Positions 1 to 12,704 of a stretch of DNA of 64,000 nucleotides are shown one piece after another. The notes beneath the pieces were generated by a model. It was not told where the DNA came from. It saw only the letters and a program-made list of their open reading frames with translations, and searched no databases. The DNA is from Octopus vulgaris (taxonomy: Eukaryota). Within the stretch, counting starts at the first letter, position 1. Each line of letters opens with the position of its first letter. Position numbers and translations under genes: made by a program. Location of the stretch: contig OX597815.1 of NCBI GenBank assembly GCA_951406725.2, positions 128,030,001-128,094,000 on the forward strand, written 5' to 3'.

Positions 1-104
1 TCTGTGCAATATCTATAAAATAAATTGGAAGGACATCTGGCCATAGAAAATTTTCCTGAACAAATTCCATCTATCTCATGCAAACATGGAAGAATAGATA
101 TACT

Positions 105-600
105 TTTCAACTCTAGGCACAAAGCCTGAAATTTTTGGGAAGGGCGCCAGTCAATTAGCTTGACCCCAGTATACAACTGGGGCTTAATTTATCAACACCA
201 AAATGATGAAAGGCAAAGTCGACGTTGGTGGAATTTGAACTCAGAATGTAAAGGCAGACAATGGAAAAGTAGATATTAAAATGATGAGGACAACAATGAG
301 AAGAAAGAAGTGGAGGAGGAGGAGGAGGAGGAAGAGAAGGGGAGAAAGATGAAATAAAATAGAATCAATAAAACAAAACAAAATATTGGTTTCAAATTTT
401 GGCACAAGGCCAGCAAATTTCAGGAAGGGGTAAGTCAATTACATCAACCGCAGGGCTCAACTGGTACTTATTTTATCAATCTCAAAAGGATGAAAGGCAA
501 AATCAACGCTGACAGAATCTGAACTTAAAATGTAAGGGCAAACAAAATACCACTAAGTATTTTGCTCAGCATTTTAACAATTCTGCCAATTCACTACTTA
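105..600 (-). mobile_element. Two copies of tRNA-derived SINE family B (about 105-262 and 385-600)
   Basis: Reverse complement shows a B-box-like GAGTTCAAATTCC followed by TTTGCCTTTCATC..TTGATAAA..AAGTACCAGTTG. The same block recurs at 15185, 29040, 37430 and 42752-43188. Confidence 0.75.
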
Positions 601-654
601 AAAATAAAACAAGATATTAACAAATGTTTCACTTATTATTCGATATATTTTCTT

Positions 655-907
655 ATTCCTTTATTCTTTTACTTGTTTCAGTCATTGGACTGTGACCATG
701 CTGGAGCACTGCCTTGAAGTGTCTACTCAGCCCAATGAAGCCTAGTATTAACTTATTTAAAGCTTGGTACTTATTTTATTAGTGTCTTTTTTTTTGTTGA
801 ACTACAAGATTGTTTAAAAGTAAACAAGCCACACCAGTTGGGAAGCAGTATGAGACAAACACAAGCACAAACATGAACACAGCCACACACATATACATGC
901 ACACACA

Positions 908-943
<36 letters not shown>

Positions 944-954
944 CATGCACACTC

Positions 955-996
<42 letters not shown>

Positions 997-1325
997 AGGC
1001 AGTTTCTTCATGTCTGAAGATCATGAGTAAGTGTGGTGGCACACCCTCAAGTGGATTTATTAACTTACTCTTGACACTGCAGGACTTTTCTTCTTATCTG
1101 CACTAAATAATGAGAGCCAGCACCACCATTCTAATCCCACTCTTTATGTATGTGTGTCTGTATGCATGTGTGTGTGTATGGACTCCCTCACAAATTTTTC
1201 TCAACTAAATTCACTCAGGAAGCACTGGTCAGGCCAGAGTTCCTCATTGTCACATGGTGGGACTGAACTTGAAACCATATGGTTGTGAAGCAAAATTCTT
1301 ATCCACACAAACATAACTAGACCTA
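655..1325 (-). mobile_element. Degenerate SINE family A pieces with internal (CA)/(TA) microsatellite
   Basis: Tail CTCCAGCATGGTCACAGTCCAATGACTGAAACAAGTAAAAG at 667-707 (rc) and a head-like region at 1200-1325; matches the full copies at 15652 and 35131. Confidence 0.65.
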
Positions 1326-2039
1326 TTTGTTCATGTAAAAAAGTGTACATATATTGCTGTCTTCATTTTGGTGTTTCAAAAGTAATTACTATTTTATATA
1401 CACCAGTATATAAAATGTGTATCTGTGTATATTTGTATGTTTATGCGTATGTGTATCTATATGTGTGTGTGTATCTATATGCATGTGTGTGTGTGTGAGT
1501 ACCTCAGTGTTTTTTTATTATTTATTGCTTGTTTTCATGTGCTTATATAAATATATATTTAGACAGATCCATAAGAATGTACATATCAGAACACAGGTTA
1601 TTTCAATAGCTGAGTGTTGATATAAATCAATAATAGGTGATACATTTTTATTTGAAATAATTATGAATCATTAGATTGGAATGTAGAAAATCTAAAAGAA
1701 AGTTAGATAAACCTGTTTAAAATAGTATGTAACAAAATGGATCAATAGCTCTTTATTCTGTCACTAAACAGGATATGTTTTCTTATGCCATGACAGAACT
1801 ATATGTCATACGTAAATATGTGTGTGTATAGGGGTGGGGTTATATGTCTATATATTTATTATATAGTTGTAGCAATGGCAATGTGGTGAAGAAGTTTACT
1901 TCATAAACATGAGATCTCAGGTTCAATCTCACTGCATTACACCTTGGGCAATAACCAAGTGTCTTCTACAAATATGTTGGGCCATTCAATGTTGTATGAC
2001 TAGAATTCAAAATATACAGGGTACAGTAAATTTGTCATA

Positions 2040-2413
2040 CTCTTTACTCTTTACTCTTTTACTTGTTTCAGTCATGTGACTGTGGCCATGCTGGAGCACG
2101 GCCTTTAGTTGAGCAAATCGACCCCAGGACTTATTCTTTGTAAGCCTAGTACTTGTTCTATCAATCTCTTTTGCCAAACCACTAAGTTATGGTGACATAA
2201 ACACACCAGCATCTGTTGTCAAGCAATATTGGGGGTACAAACACAGACACACAAACATATACACACACATACATATATATACGCATATAGATGACAGGCT
2301 TCTTTCAGTTTCCGTCTACCAAATCCACTCACAAGGCTTTAGTCAGCCTGAGGCTATAGTAGAAGACACTTGCCCAAGGTGCACGCAGTGGGACTGAACC
2401 TGGAACCATGTGG
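2040..2413 (-). mobile_element. SINE family A, 5'-truncated, fused to the RPS4 retrocopy
   Basis: Body and (AGTAAAG)-type tail match the 15652-16058 copy. The head upstream of CCACATGGTTCC is missing. Confidence 0.85.
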
Positions 2414-3085
2414 CAAATACATGCCCCAATGTATCTCCGACATGTACAATGTCAAAGGACCCTGGATGTCTATCCCTGTGAGTTATTACACCGACACACC
2501 CAATGTTGTGGCTGCCAGTGATCATACATAGGTTACCAGAGTCAAATTTGATAAACGCTTCGATCTTGCTAGTAGCAATATCTAACAAAACACTGTCACT
2601 GACTTTGATGAGGGGATCAGGATAGCGGATTGTACGACTGTCATGTATTACTAGGAATGGAATTCCCTTTATACCAGTTTGTACTTTCTTTATGCGGCAC
2701 AGGTTATACTTTGCTTCATCAGCTTTAATACAGTGCACAATAATTTTTCCTTTTGCATCATAAATCAAACGGAAATATTCATCGGTCTTTTCAATGGTGA
2801 TGACATCCATGAAACCAGCTGGGTATGTGAAATCTGTTCTCACTTGTCCATCAACACTTATCAACTTCTGCTTCACAATCTTCTTCACCTCATCAGAGGC
2901 GAGTGCATACTTCAGACGATTTCTAAGGAAAATTATCAACAGCAGACACTCCCTCACCTTGTGGGGTCCTGTGCTGGGTCAGGGTGCAAAACACCACCGA
3001 GCTTTGCCAATGTTTAGGTGCAGCTAAACGCTTGATATGCGTTCTTTGACCTCTGTAACCCATTTTGGATGGTGCAAGCAAAATT
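2409..3085 (-). pseudogene. RPS4: Processed pseudogene of 40S ribosomal protein S4 (eS4), 3'-truncated
   Basis: ATG at 3063: MGYRGQRTHIKRLAAPKHW, then a frameshift and TGA, then [58 protein letters not shown]. No introns; roughly the last 40 codons are absent. Confidence 0.93.
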
Positions 3086-3129
3086 ATGCAACAATAAAAA
3101 TAACACTGACATCTCATTTTAACAGATAT

Positions 3130-4075
3130 ATTTACCAAAACTGCATAAAAATATCTTGAAATGGGAAGCCAACCGAAATACTAAACCAGACTTTAAAATA
3201 CTCTCTTACATCTCCACACATAACCCTAGAAACAACAAAGCCTTCAATGTTATCATCCAAAATCTTCCCATCCTCACAGGAGATAAAACAATGAACAAAA
3301 TTTTAAGCTCATAAAAATTATCAAAAGCAAAATGCAACCTAAATCACTGAAAAAAACATTAACCAGCGCACGACTATATCCATTAACAACAAAACCAAAA
3401 GTGAAAAAATGTGGTTGGCCTAACTGTGGTACATGCCCCCACCTTTTGGAGGGTTCACAATTCCACTTTAAACAAGGTAAAATATTCAAGATCAAATCAA
3501 ATTTCACCTGTGCCTCAGAAAATCTAATCTATGCCATTACATGCTTTGGGCGTGGTAACAATTATATTGGCCAAACAGGAATATCACTCCATCAAAGAAC
3601 CACTCTCCACAAAGAGCAAATCCACCACCCACAATACAGACAGTTACAGGTTAGTGAACACATAGAAAGGTGTGCTAGGAATCTTAATCCTAATTTCCTA
3701 AATTTTCCCCTTCTATCAATGTTCACAGAACACCTCAATGCAACAAAGAATGAATAAAGAGGCAACTTTCATCAATAAATATCTTCCCCAACTCAATATG
3801 AACACATAACATAATACAGAGCACTACTAACCTTTCAATTAATACCACTAACCCCCATACATCCCATACACTATTCACAGTACAGATCTATAACTACCCT
3901 AATTGCACCAAATACAGAACTACTTACCTCCCTTACACACAATCTTTTTCCTCAGGGACCAATAGACCTGACACCGCTCATTCAAAGCAATGATTAGTAA
4001 TTTACGAAACCAGTATGTTTTTAAATCTCTTTAACAATTCACAATAATGACTTTTATTACTTTTATTCCTACTTC
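3130..4075 (+). mobile_element. Penelope-like element 3' fragment (GIY-YIG endonuclease plus tail)
   Basis: ORF 3332-3757: CGWPNCGTC..FTCASENLIYAITC..NNYIGQT..H..VSEH, a PLE GIY-YIG with Cys linker. Degenerate hammerhead core at 3984-4021. Confidence 0.85.
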
Positions 4076-4479
4076 AGTTCATCTAATTGTATATATCTAT
4101 TGTTACTTTTCATAAGAATCCTTTACTTTTTTTGATTTCCAATGTGCATTTTCACTTATTTTTCTTCTTACTTTCCTCTCTCTCTCTATATATATATTTA
4201 TACATATACTGACAAAAATGTTTGTTGGGGGCAAGCATAGAAAATTTAATCTTACCTGTAGGAAGAACATTAAATAAATGTACCACCCAGATATGGATAA
4301 TCTAGGACCTAGGTTTTGAACTTTCCAAATTACATTTATTAATGTAAATTTGATTAGTTCTCCTCAGCTAGATTCACCTAGACAAAATTTCAAATGTTGC
4401 TATATCAATGTCAGTATTTACTCATTTGAATGCTTAGCATTTAACAGACTGAGAACGGAGAAAAAGTTTCCAAAGAAAA

Positions 4480-4722
4480 AAATTTATTAAATAGTTCAAT
4501 ACAGTAGTATTGCTTCCCAGTAAAATAAAGCACCATCAGGTTAAAGTATAAATATAGTATAGTGGTACAACAATGCACCAGTATTTACTGGAAATAGCAG
4601 TCAATAATATTTCCAGTAAATATTGGTGCATTGTTGTACCACTATCTTATTCTACTTTAACCTCATGGTGCTTTGTTTTACTGGAAATCAATACTAGTGT
4701 ATTGCACTATTGAATAACTTTT
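4480..4722. repeat. Fold-back palindrome, arms about 115 bp, centre about 4603, abutting (TA)n
   Basis: ATAGTGGTACAACAATGCACCAGTATTTACTGGAAATA pairs with TATTTCCAGTAAATATTGGTGCATTGTTGTACCACTAT; pairing continues outward with mismatches. Confidence 0.85.
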
Positions 4723-4726
4723 TATA

Positions 4727-4770
<44 letters not shown>

Positions 4771-4962
4771 TGGGGATAAGTATTAACAAGCAGTACCAGC
4801 ATGCTTAATATAGCAATCAAAATAACCAAACCACAAATTTTCACTTAAACACAAAGGTGAAAGCAGGCCAATGAATAAAAATTCCCAAACCTCGTACCAA
4901 TGACAAAAATAATCGAAAATTGAAAAAGTCAGACATACCTGTATCACCACAATTTCAAACTC

Positions 4963-5885
4963 CACTATCTTGGTGACCAAGTCAGAAGTGGAGGTGCAAC
5001 TGCATGAGATGTCGCTGCAAGAAAAAGAACAGGATGGGTAAAGTTCAGAGTGCTCCTACCTCTGTTGGTTACAAAGCGCCTCTCCTTCAGAGTGAAAGGT
5101 AGACTGTATGATGCCTGTACGTAAACAGCTATGCTACATAGCAGTGATACATGGGCTGTGACAGCTGAGGACATGCATAGGCTTGAAAGAAATTAAGTTT
5201 GTATGCTTCGCTGGATGTACAATGTCAGTGTGCATGTATGACAGATTGTAAGTGTCTTGAGAGAAAAGCTGGGCATAAGAGGCATCAGATGTGGTGTACA
5301 AGAGAGATGACTGCATTGGTATGGTCATGTGATGCATATGGACAAGGACAGATGTGTAAAGGAATGTTGATCTCTAACTGTGGAGGGGACCTGTGCAAGA
5401 GGTAAACCCAGGAAAACATGAGATGAGGTGGTGATGCATGAACTTTGAACTTTGGTCCTCGCAGAGGTGATGACAAGTGACCAAGAGCTCTGGTGATATG
5501 CTGTACACAAGAAGATTCATCGGGCCAAGTGAAATCGTAGTTGTAGCCATACCAGTGTCATGTAAATGGTACTCTGCATCATGGTCATGGTTATTGCCGA
5601 TGTCAGAAAATGGCATCCATGAATTGTAATCATGGGGGAAGCTGGTGCCATGTATGTGGCACCCAATGCATTGTAGTCATGGTCATTGCCAATGTCATAT
5701 AAATGGCAAACATGCTAGCGGCACATAAAATCATCCATTACACTCCTGAAGTGGTTGGTGTTAGGAAGGGCATCCAGCTGTAGAAACCATGCCAAATCAG
5801 ACTGGAACCTGGTGTAGCTCTCTGGCTCATCAGTTCCAGTCAAACCGTCTAGCCCATGCCAGCAAGGAGAGTGGATGTTAAATGG

Positions 5886-5937
<52 letters not shown>

Positions 5938-5938
5938 A
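4963..5938 (+). mobile_element. RTE LINE 3' fragment with (GAT)n tail
   Basis: YLGDQV..GRLYDAC..TWAVTAEDM, homologous to the C-terminus of the 16984 ORF, with stops. 3' UTR TTAGGAAGGGCATCCAGC, then (GAT)n. Confidence 0.88.
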
Positions 5939-5940
5939 TA

Positions 5941-6830
5941 TTATGTTGAGTCAAAAGTTTTGCAATATTTTGGTAGCTTATTTGCTTTATTCCTCAAGTT
6001 ACAACAATAGCAGCCTAGCATACAAAATAGGGGCCATTGTGTTACTCCATCAGAAGTCACCTTCCTACCAGTTTTTTGTTCCATACTGATATCAGTTTTT
6101 GTCCTTTGAGGTGAAGAACTCCTTCACTGAAGCTTCTACATTCTCTTGGCTGATGAAGCATGGTGAGAATAAGAAGTGAACCATGGACTAGAACAAGTAA
6201 TAATCCGAGGGAGCTGGATCCAAACTATATGTTGGGTGTAGGATCAGTTTAATTCTTTCAAGTTCCTTGAATTTATTCCAGAGAGTTCAAGTAGTATGAA
6301 GTCTTGTGTTGCCTTACTGCAGAAGAGCTTGCAGTCTTTTAACAAATGCCAGATATTTTTGCAGTACAGTGGCATACAACAACTCCAGCTGTTTGGAGTA
6401 CAGGTTGGCATCGATAGTTTGGCTGTCCAAAATAAAATTGTAGTCAATTATTCCATCATATTTCCACCAGAAACGGAGCATCACTTTGTGTTCAAAACAC
6501 CCACATTTGGTGACAGATTCCAGTAGCTGGCCCTTGCTTAACCACTGCTTATACACATTAGGATTACGGAAAAATATCTCCCTCAGATTATAAGTTGTTC
6601 TGATCCATGATTAACTTCTTGTGTTCATCAACAAAGAGGAGGTGGAAGCCTCAATGAAGGAGTCCCTCACCTCAAAAGACAAGAACTGGCATCAGAATGG
6701 GGTCAAAGAACTGGTGGATTCAGATGTTACATGATGGCCCCTACTTTGAATGCTAGGCTGATTTTCCTGAAACTTGAGGAATAAAGCAAATAAGCTACCA
6801 AAATATTGCAAAACTTTTGGCTTAACACAA
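5941..6830. mobile_element. Non-autonomous mariner with two inverted 3' ends
   Basis: TIRs of about 60 bp (AAAAGTTTTGCAATATTTTGGTAGCTTATTTGCTTTATTCCTCAAGTT) with TA on both sides. Minus strand reads KVMLRFWW..YSKQL..YSLDPAPSDYYLF; plus strand 6577-6770 repeats the PSDY-to-stop segment. Confidence 0.85.
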
Positions 6831-6847
6831 TACAAACACACACAAAA

Positions 6848-7060
6848 GAAAGGAGTACTCCGTTGGTTACGACAACAAGAATCCCAGCTGATACGATCAA
6901 CGGAACAGCTTGCTCATGAAATTAATGTGCAAGTGACTGAGCAATCCACAGACACGTGTACTCCTAATGTAGTTCTCAGTGGGATTCAGTGTGACACACA
7001 GTGTGACAAGGCTGGCTCTTTGAAATACAGGTACAACTCATTTTTGCCATCTGAGTGGAC
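6848..7060 (-). mobile_element. SINE-like repeat fragment (third family)
   Basis: rc GTCCACTCAGATGGCAAAAATGAGTTGTACCTG resembles conserved central domains of invertebrate SINEs; non-coding. Confidence 0.45.
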
Positions 7061-7379
7061 AAACACACACACACACACACACACATGTTAAATATATATA
7101 TTATATTATTTATTTATTAATCTTAATCAAGAATGTTGTTAACAGTGACTTTGAAGTTTTGGCCAATATTCTTGTTTAAAAATAATAAATTTGTACACTT
7201 CAACAGTATGAGTAACCCATCAGATTAACGTAAAGTTGTTTTTGCTTCCCAGCCTCATGATTCCAGGTTCAGTCTCACTGCATGGCACCTTGGACAAGTG
7301 TCTTCTACTATAGCCTTGGGCTGGCCTAAGCCTTGTGCATGAAGTTTTTAGATGGTTATGGCAAGCATCATGACACACA

Positions 7380-10300
7380 CTGTAAGAATGGGCTAGCTGA
7401 ACTCATATAAGTAGCAATGTGTTTGACTGAGAGAGAGATGAGAAATCACAGACAGTCGAAAGGTGCCATTCATGAATTTATGGAGTCACAGGAAATTGTT
7501 GAGAAGTTGTTATAGTTCATTGAGAGCTGTTTTGGATTTATTATATTTGTGGGCAGGGTATTTGGGAATACATCAAATGGAAACAGTTGCTGTCTTCTCT
7601 GTTCCGTGGTACTATATATTACACTGTATTAGTGCACATATACAGAACCCACATTATAAAAGTGGTGATGAGTGATTCAAAGCTTACGTTGGTCATTAAC
7701 AATTTCTTATTAACTATGGAAGACCTATTCACTGTCATATTACAGTTGCAAAAGCAAAAGCAACCACAGCAACAGGAATTGCACCAACAAGTACAACAGC
7801 AACAACTACAACACAGTCAGTTGTGGAACTGATGCTGAAATCGAGAAATACTGCAAGTTCATTTTCACCTGATGGCGTAGCGAATGCTATAACTGAAATT
7901 AGTTATAACCCAGAAGGGGGTATAATTTTTTTGGTGTACTTCAGAAGATATGAAGAAATCTTCAAGGAAGAATGCAAGTGTTGGACATACAAAGTAAAAG
8001 TGAGACTACTGTTATGGAAACTAGGTCCTTCAGAACATGAAAAATACTGCAATTTTATCTTGCCTAAAAAACAAGTGAAATGCTATCCAAAATGTTCAGC
8101 GATAAGAATTGCCTGTTTAACACTCACTGGGAGTGTTTGAATCTAGTAAAAGAAGAGGACAAAGATTTTGTCAGTTATGCTGGAATCATAAATAAAATGT
8201 GCGGAAAATTTAAGCCAAAGGAATTTTCTTCTGACATGTTTAAATGCCTCCTCTTTGTGCAAGGTTTGATGGCAAAGATGCAGAAATTTGTGCACGGATT
8301 CTTACAAAACTAGAACAGAAAGACCAGAATTTAACCTTGCAGGCAGTAGCAGAGGAATGTCAAAGAATTATCAACCTGCAACAGGATTTAAAGAAAATTG
8401 AAGAAAAAGATTTGTCTCAAGTACAGACATGTTAACCAGGAATAAATAAATAAAAAAGAATGTTATGACCAAATCCTTGTTATGAGTGTGGAGGTCCACA
8501 TTTTAAGAAAAAACTGTCCATTTAAAACTCGAAAATATTTTAGTTGTCAAAAAATAGGACATAAAAGCTCACACTGCATAGTGAAGCAAAAAAGGTTGGA
8601 AAAAAATTTTTTCAGCAAAAGTTTGCTCAACAGAAAGTTGGGACAACACCCAAAAAAGAAAGCATGTGTATGAAAAAATAAATGACGCCAATGTGAAACT
8701 ACAATTAGACACAGGTGGTGACATTACAATTATTGATTCTGACATGTGGAAGAAAATTGGGAAACCTGTATTAAAGAAAACATTGAAAAGTGCATGAGGT
8801 GTCACAGGTGAAAGATTATGCTTCTTAGGTGAAATGGTAAATGACATTACATTTGTGGTAAAACCTGTAAAGCAAAGGTGTTTGTGTTAAAAAATGCAGC
8901 AAACTTGTCCGATACTGACTAGATGGTGTTTGATTTATGGGACCTCATAAATCTGTTCTGCAAAAACATAAATGATTGGTCCTCCAGTAAGAATAAGGTA
9001 CCAGATAAACAGAAGAAAAAATTTTTAAAATACTTTTCCTGAAGTGTTATTGGATAAATTAGGTTTGTGTACTAAAACTGAGGCATGTTTCCATATTAAG
9101 GAAAATGCAATACCAGTGTTCAAACCAAAAAGATTGATACCGTTTGCTGCAATGAAACATATCAATGAAGAATTAGACAGATTAACAGATTAAAGAGAAT
9201 TGGAGTCATCCAAAAAGTGGATTATAGAAAATGGGCAGCTCCAACGGTGTGTATTAAAAAAAAATGACAAAATCAGAGTGTGTACTGATTTTTCCACTGG
9301 CTTGAGTGAATATCTGAAAACATGTCACTAACCACTACCTATTCCAGAGGATAGTTTTGCGATTTTTGAAACTGGATCTTTCCAATGCGTACCTACAAAT
9401 TAGAGTAGGCAAAGAATGCTCCAAATACCTAACAGTGAATATGCACAAAGGTCTATATAAATATAACAGATCACCATTTAGTCTAAAGGTTGCATTCGCA
9501 ATCTTTCAAAGGTGTATGGATGCAATGTTAGTGGACTGTGAATTTGCAATTTCATACCTAGATGATATATCAAAAGTGAATCTTGTGATCAGCATGTCAA
9601 GCCTGTAAGTGCAGTTAACCAACCTCAAAGGTAACAATAAGTTTCCTTCACAAACTTTTTTGCACGATATGGTGTTCTGGACACCATAGCATCAGATAAT
9701 GGAGGGTAGTTTTGGGGGTACAAATTAAAAAATTTTTGTGAGGGGTATGCAATCAATATCACTACTCCGCTGTACCACCCGAGATCAAATGGGCAAGCAG
9801 AAAGGTTTGTAGACAGTTGAGAAGTGGGCTGGTCCACTACTAATAAATAGTGGACAGACTCAGTAAGTAATGTCAATTAGTGAGGTATGCTGTTCAGGCC
9901 AGTCACGCAGATGATGAAATACATCATCATAATGCAGGACATATCAGAGGATTCAGGGCTCAAGCAGTGGTAAAATGTTAAAAATCCTGAGGTGGGATTT
10001 GAACTTCACACAGTGAAAAGTAACATACACACAGTGAAATATATATATATATATATATATATATAAAGATTCTGAAGAAAAAAAGGATTCTGAAGAAAAA
10101 AATGTCAGATAAAACTGGAATTCTAACACAGAACTTGAACTTCACACAGTGAAAAGTCATATACACACATTGAAAAATATATAAAAAAGAATATGAACAA
10201 AAAATATGGTTCTGTGTGGAACAAAATAGATCCATGTGAAGGATTTAAGTCAGGTCGTTATATGTAATAGTGCTACTGGTAAACAATGTAGACTGGCACT

Positions 10301-11010
10301 ACGTGCGGCATTTTAAAAAAAATATGGTTCTGTGTGGAATAAGAAAAATCTAAATAAGAAGAGAAAAATAATTCTGGTTAGAAGAAAAAGAAATTAAAAA
10401 AAGTATAATGTTGTGTTGAAAGAAAGAAAAAAATTTCAACGTGGGGAGGTGTTGTGAGAAGTGGGCTGGTCCACTACTAATAAATAGTGGATAAACTCAG
10501 TGAGTAGTGTCAGTCAGCAAGGTACCCTGTTTAGGCCAGCCTCATAGACAGTGAAGTTACACCATTATAATGCAGAACATATCATAGACACATTTAAGTG
10601 AGCACTAAAAAATCAGGAAATGAATTAGGTAATGCTGCTGCACAAACTCAGTTCTTAAGTGTTTACAGGGTAACACCTAAGCTGAACATCTGCTTAGGCA
10701 AGTTGCCCACAGAGGTAATGTTTACCCAGAAGATAAATCAGTTTTTGATAAAATGTTACCTACAAAAAAGACTTATAGGGAAATCCCAAGAAACATAATA
10801 AAGTATTTTAATGTGGGAGATAAAATTCATTTCAAAATATATGAGAATGAGAGAACGGTATAGGGATGAAAGGAACAGGTCAAATAGGAGAGCACAAATG
10901 ACAGTTGAACCTGTTGAAGACTAGACATACTGAAGAAAGAGAAGAAATACTGATGGAAGTTTGTTATGACTTATTCAATGTTCTAGTGTCAAAAGAGGTT
11001 GAACCTAGGT
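7380..11010 (+). mobile_element. Degenerate Ty3/Gypsy LTR retrotransposon (gag-PR-RT-IN remnants)
   Basis: PBS-like TGGTGATGAG at 7662; Q-rich gag DGVANAITEISYNPE..YFRRYE; CCHC-like knuckles around 8480-8580; protease LQLDTGGDITII; RT LDLSNAYLQI..YLDDI; integrase SDNG..YHPRSNGQAERFVD/TFK. Many stops and deletions. Confidence 0.88.
9815..10584 (+). mobile_element. TRIM-like non-autonomous LTR element nested in the Gypsy integrase
   Basis: Direct repeats 9815-9946 and 10450-10584 (TG..CA on the right copy), PPT GTGGGGAGG at 10441-10449, 5-bp TSD TAGAC (9810-9814 and 10585-10589). Confidence 0.85.
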
Positions 11011-11884
11011 GGTGGTGATACACCCCCACATACTTATTGAAAACAAATGTTATAAACCAATTAGTGAACTATAATCTTCACAATATTTGTTGTCATAGTA
11101 ATGAGTAAAATCATTAATTTCATGCACAATATTGTACATGATTAGACTACAACACACATTGGAGTAATCTGTCTGCTGTAATTCTACACAAGAGAAAAAA
11201 ATGTAAATGATATGCTTCCTTTTCTAACATTTCAAATGATAGACATCTTGCCACTGTTAAAAGGACACTTCATAGATAGTCTTAGATTTAAGACCAAAAT
11301 GAAAATGAGTTGGTCGTGTTTGTAACATCTTTTATCACAGGTTTACTTGGTTGTAACTGATCTACATTAAAAAGAAACAAGCCAACAAGGTTGCTTCTAA
11401 GTGGGTGCTTACACCTGTTAGAAATAGCAACCAAATCTCTCTTACACTGTACCATCTTAAAAAAAGAGACATGTGATGTTGGATTCCCTGCACGTATGAA
11501 AAAGATAGGCCAGGTATGGCTGGAAGTCCACTGATCAAAAATTTGTTTGATCAGAGCTAACTAGGACTAAACAACAAAAACAACAGCAAATGTGCAAAAC
11601 TATTATTCTTTTTATATTTATTGTTCAAAGGCCAAAAGCCTAACTTGGAAACTGATGAGGGTTGATGACAGGAAGAGCACCTGTAGAAATCTACAACAGT
11701 GAATTTCATCCAGCTCATACTGGTATAGAAAAATGAATGTTACAAAAAAATAAAGCAATGGTTTAATATTCCCTTGGAATATATAATTTAATCAGTCTTT
11801 CTAATTTCAATCTACACAAATTGCAAATTGTTTTATAATTAACTCAAAAATAGATGGTAATTCTCTCTTTGTTTAAGTACAACT

Positions 11885-12110
11885 TTCACTCTTTTTTTTT
11901 TCACCCTTTTAATTGTTTCAGTCATGTGACTGTGGCCATGCCGGAGCACCACCTTTAGTCGAGCAAACCGACCCCGGGACTTATTCTTTGTAACCCTAGT
12001 ACTTATTCTATTGGTCTCTTTTGCCGAACCGCTAAGTGATGGGGACGTAAACACACCAGCATCGGTTGTCAAGCAATGCTAGAGGGACAAACACAGACAC
12101 ACAAACATAT

Positions 12111-12177
<67 letters not shown>

Positions 12178-12337
12178 TATGACAGGCTTCTTTGAGTTTC
12201 CGTCTACCAAATCCACTCACAAGGCATTGGTCGGCCCGAGGCTATAGTAGAAGACACTTGCCCAAGGTGCCACGCAGTGGGACTGAACCTGAAACCATGT
12301 GGTTCGTAAGCAAGCCACTTACCACACAGCCACTCCT
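11885..12337 (-). mobile_element. SINE family A, near full length
   Basis: rc GGAGTGGCTGTGTGGTAAG (A box), GGTTCAGTCCC (B-box-like), GGCACCTTGGGCAAGTGTCTT (CORE-like), (TA)n, then tail. Confidence 0.88.
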
Positions 12338-12704
12338 GTATTATTTTGTTTTTACTGATTTCAGTGCTGCACAATTCAGGAAAATCATGAACTTTCATGA
12401 ACTTTAAAATTAGTTCCTAAATCTATTTTATGAAATGTTAAGCAGATAAGGGGTAAATTGTCTTGCTGGAAAGAACATTAATCAATTCTTGTAAGTCATG
12501 CTGTATATCCTCTTTTCTAACTATGACAGTATCTATGACAGATAAAAAAAACAAAGATCTACATTATTAGCATGTAACAACTTGTTGTCTGGTGACACTC
12601 CCTTAGATAACACTGCTAGAACAATATGCATGGAGCATGGTCAGTCAACATAAAAAAAAAGATAATATTCAAAAAACAGAATATGTATCTTTAAGAATTT
12701 TCTT

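Noticed and set aside
2343-2957. Functional RPS4 gene
   Set aside because: Frameshift and stop near the N-terminus, C-terminus replaced by SINE, no introns.
11645-11690. CTGATGAG hammerhead candidate
   Set aside because: No downstream stem II/GAAA; part of an RTE-type tail (GACAGGAAG.GCA).
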